Below are positions 56,040 to 57,099 of a stretch of DNA of 57,099 nucleotides, one piece after another. Under the pieces are notes generated by a model. That model worked only from the letters and a program-made list of their open reading frames with translations. It was not told the origin of the DNA and searched no databases. The DNA is from a virus (Duplodnaviria > Caudoviricetes): positions 1 through 57,099 of the IMG/VR virus record IMGVR_UViG_3300030376_003949. One strand, 5' to 3'. The translations under genes were made by a program, and so were the position numbers. Numbering within the stretch: the first letter of the stretch is position 1; every line of letters begins with the position of its first letter.

Positions 56040-56634
56040 GATACTCTTTCTTTAGAATGTTTGCTTTTGTAAGTTGATCTATACCTGCATATAGATCTAC
56101 GTTTTTATCAAAGAATGCATCTTTACACCACCCATTTGATCTCACATAATGTAAAAAGAATTGAGTGTATGCTTCTCCTGTATATGGTTTATCTCTCCAG
56201 TGATCAGCAATGACCCCAAGGTACATTATAGCATCACCTGGTTCTAGTATAACACAATGTTCCTCATAGTAGGGAGTTTCAATACAAAATTTCCACTCTC
56301 TATCTCCATCCAAATGAAGAGTTAAAGATATTTCACATGCTGCCCTGTCTGAATGACGTTCTAACTCAGAACCCTTTTGATATATTCTACCAAAAACATA
56401 AGATGGTAGTACAGTTTCACCACACAACTCAGATATTCTAGGACAAAGATTGCATAGAAGTGCTAATTGATCTCCACTATTACTCCAAGAAGGTGCATTA
56501 GCAATGTGTATATCGTCACCAAACCCAATTTGTTTTTGCAGATCTTTATATCGACAAGCAAGTTCCTTTGCCTCATCAACAGGAATAAAATTTCTTAAAA
56601 GAATATAATTATTTTTTAAAAGATCTTGATTCAT
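56026..56634 (-). CDS. 2OG-Fe(II) oxygenase-like protein
   Basis: R.Y..G..L.RH.DR..CEIS.T; HWR; Q.FLHYV. Confidence 0.8.
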   Translation of the reverse strand: MNQDLLKNNYILLRNFIPVDEAKELACRYKDLQKQIGFGDDIHIANAPSWSNSGDQLALLCNLCPRISELCGETVLPSYVFGRIYQKGSELERHSDRAACEISLTLHLDGDREWKFCIETPYYEEHCVILEPGDAIMYLGVIADHWRDKPYTGEAYTQFFLHYVRSNGWCKDAFFDKNVDLYAGIDQLTKANILKKEYHELR

Positions 56635-57099
56635 AATTGAGGAGTAGAAGTTCTTTACGAGATTGTTGTTCCTTCATATATTCTCCAACAGATCGCATAG
56701 TGTATGTGTGATCATACTCATAAGGTGCCCATTCTTTAAAACGATCTCTTATTAACTGAGAAGAATTGTATGATATCATCTGATGATTAGTATGCATATC
56801 ACACTCTTCAGCAAAAGCATCATGATCAAATCCTTTATGCATACCACCCTTCTTACCATACAAAGATGATTTTATCTCATAAGGAGGATCAAGATAAGTA
56901 AATACATTCTTCTCATCACAAGACATTCTTTCGTAAGTTAGATTAGTTATAACCCAGTTCTGTATTATCTCAGAATACTCTGGTAACTTCTCTATGCCTC
57001 GTAAACTGAAGTTGGAGTCTGATGCTTGGGACGAAAAGGATGAGGACTCAGTGAGACCAGAAAAAGAGCACTTGTTAACAACATAAAAACTAACGGCAC
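56609..57099 (-). CDS. dam: Dam-type DNA adenine methyltransferase (5' end beyond window)
   Basis: FY..NKCSFSGL, YLDPPY, FDH, ISYN, ELL..NY. Confidence 0.9.
   Translation of the reverse strand, partial: AVSFYVVNKCSFSGLTESSSFSSQASDSNFSLRGIEKLPEYSEIIQNWVITNLTYERMSCDEKNVFTYLDPPYEIKSSLYGKKGGMHKGFDHDAFAEECDMHTNHQMISYNSSQLIRDRFKEWAPYEYDHTYTMRSVGEYMKEQQSRKELLLLNYESRSFKK

Overview
A 57-kb segment of a T4-like cyanomyovirus genome, most likely a Prochlorococcus phage judged from its psbA and hli sequences. Most genes lie on the minus strand. From left to right it contains: (1) a tail/baseplate module with two paralogous tape-measure-like genes, gp51/gp26, a gp54-like gene, gp4, gp48 and gp53; (2) gp32, gp33, an exonuclease, phoH, thyX and nrdC; (3) an accessory/photosynthesis island with an outer-membrane protein, a 1120-aa virion protein, a manA-like RNA, petF, psbA, four hli genes, talC, a glutamine-riboswitch locus and a SET-domain protein; (4) nrdB, nrdA, primase, Lys-rich putative internal head proteins, a cytidylyltransferase and several 2OG-Fe(II) oxygenases; (5) purH-N, mazG, gp41, uvsX, gp43, a broken pstS, hsp20, a cluster of exported proteins, regA, gp62 and a partial Dam methylase. 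The most notable observations are these. A T_TTT_TTC slippery site with an upstream GGAGG would fuse gp26 to the otherwise start-less N-terminal part of gp51 just before the tape-measure-like genes, as in lambda G/GT. A tandem glutamine-riboswitch-like leader has a second aptamer whose P2 loop carries most of a 58-aa ORF, upstream of a DUF4278-type peptide and talC. A ROSE-type thermometer hairpin sits on hsp20. A capsid-targeting-like N-terminus is present on the cytidylyltransferase. Short deletions appear in pstS and gp41. All family assignments come from recall of motifs and synteny; no searches were run.
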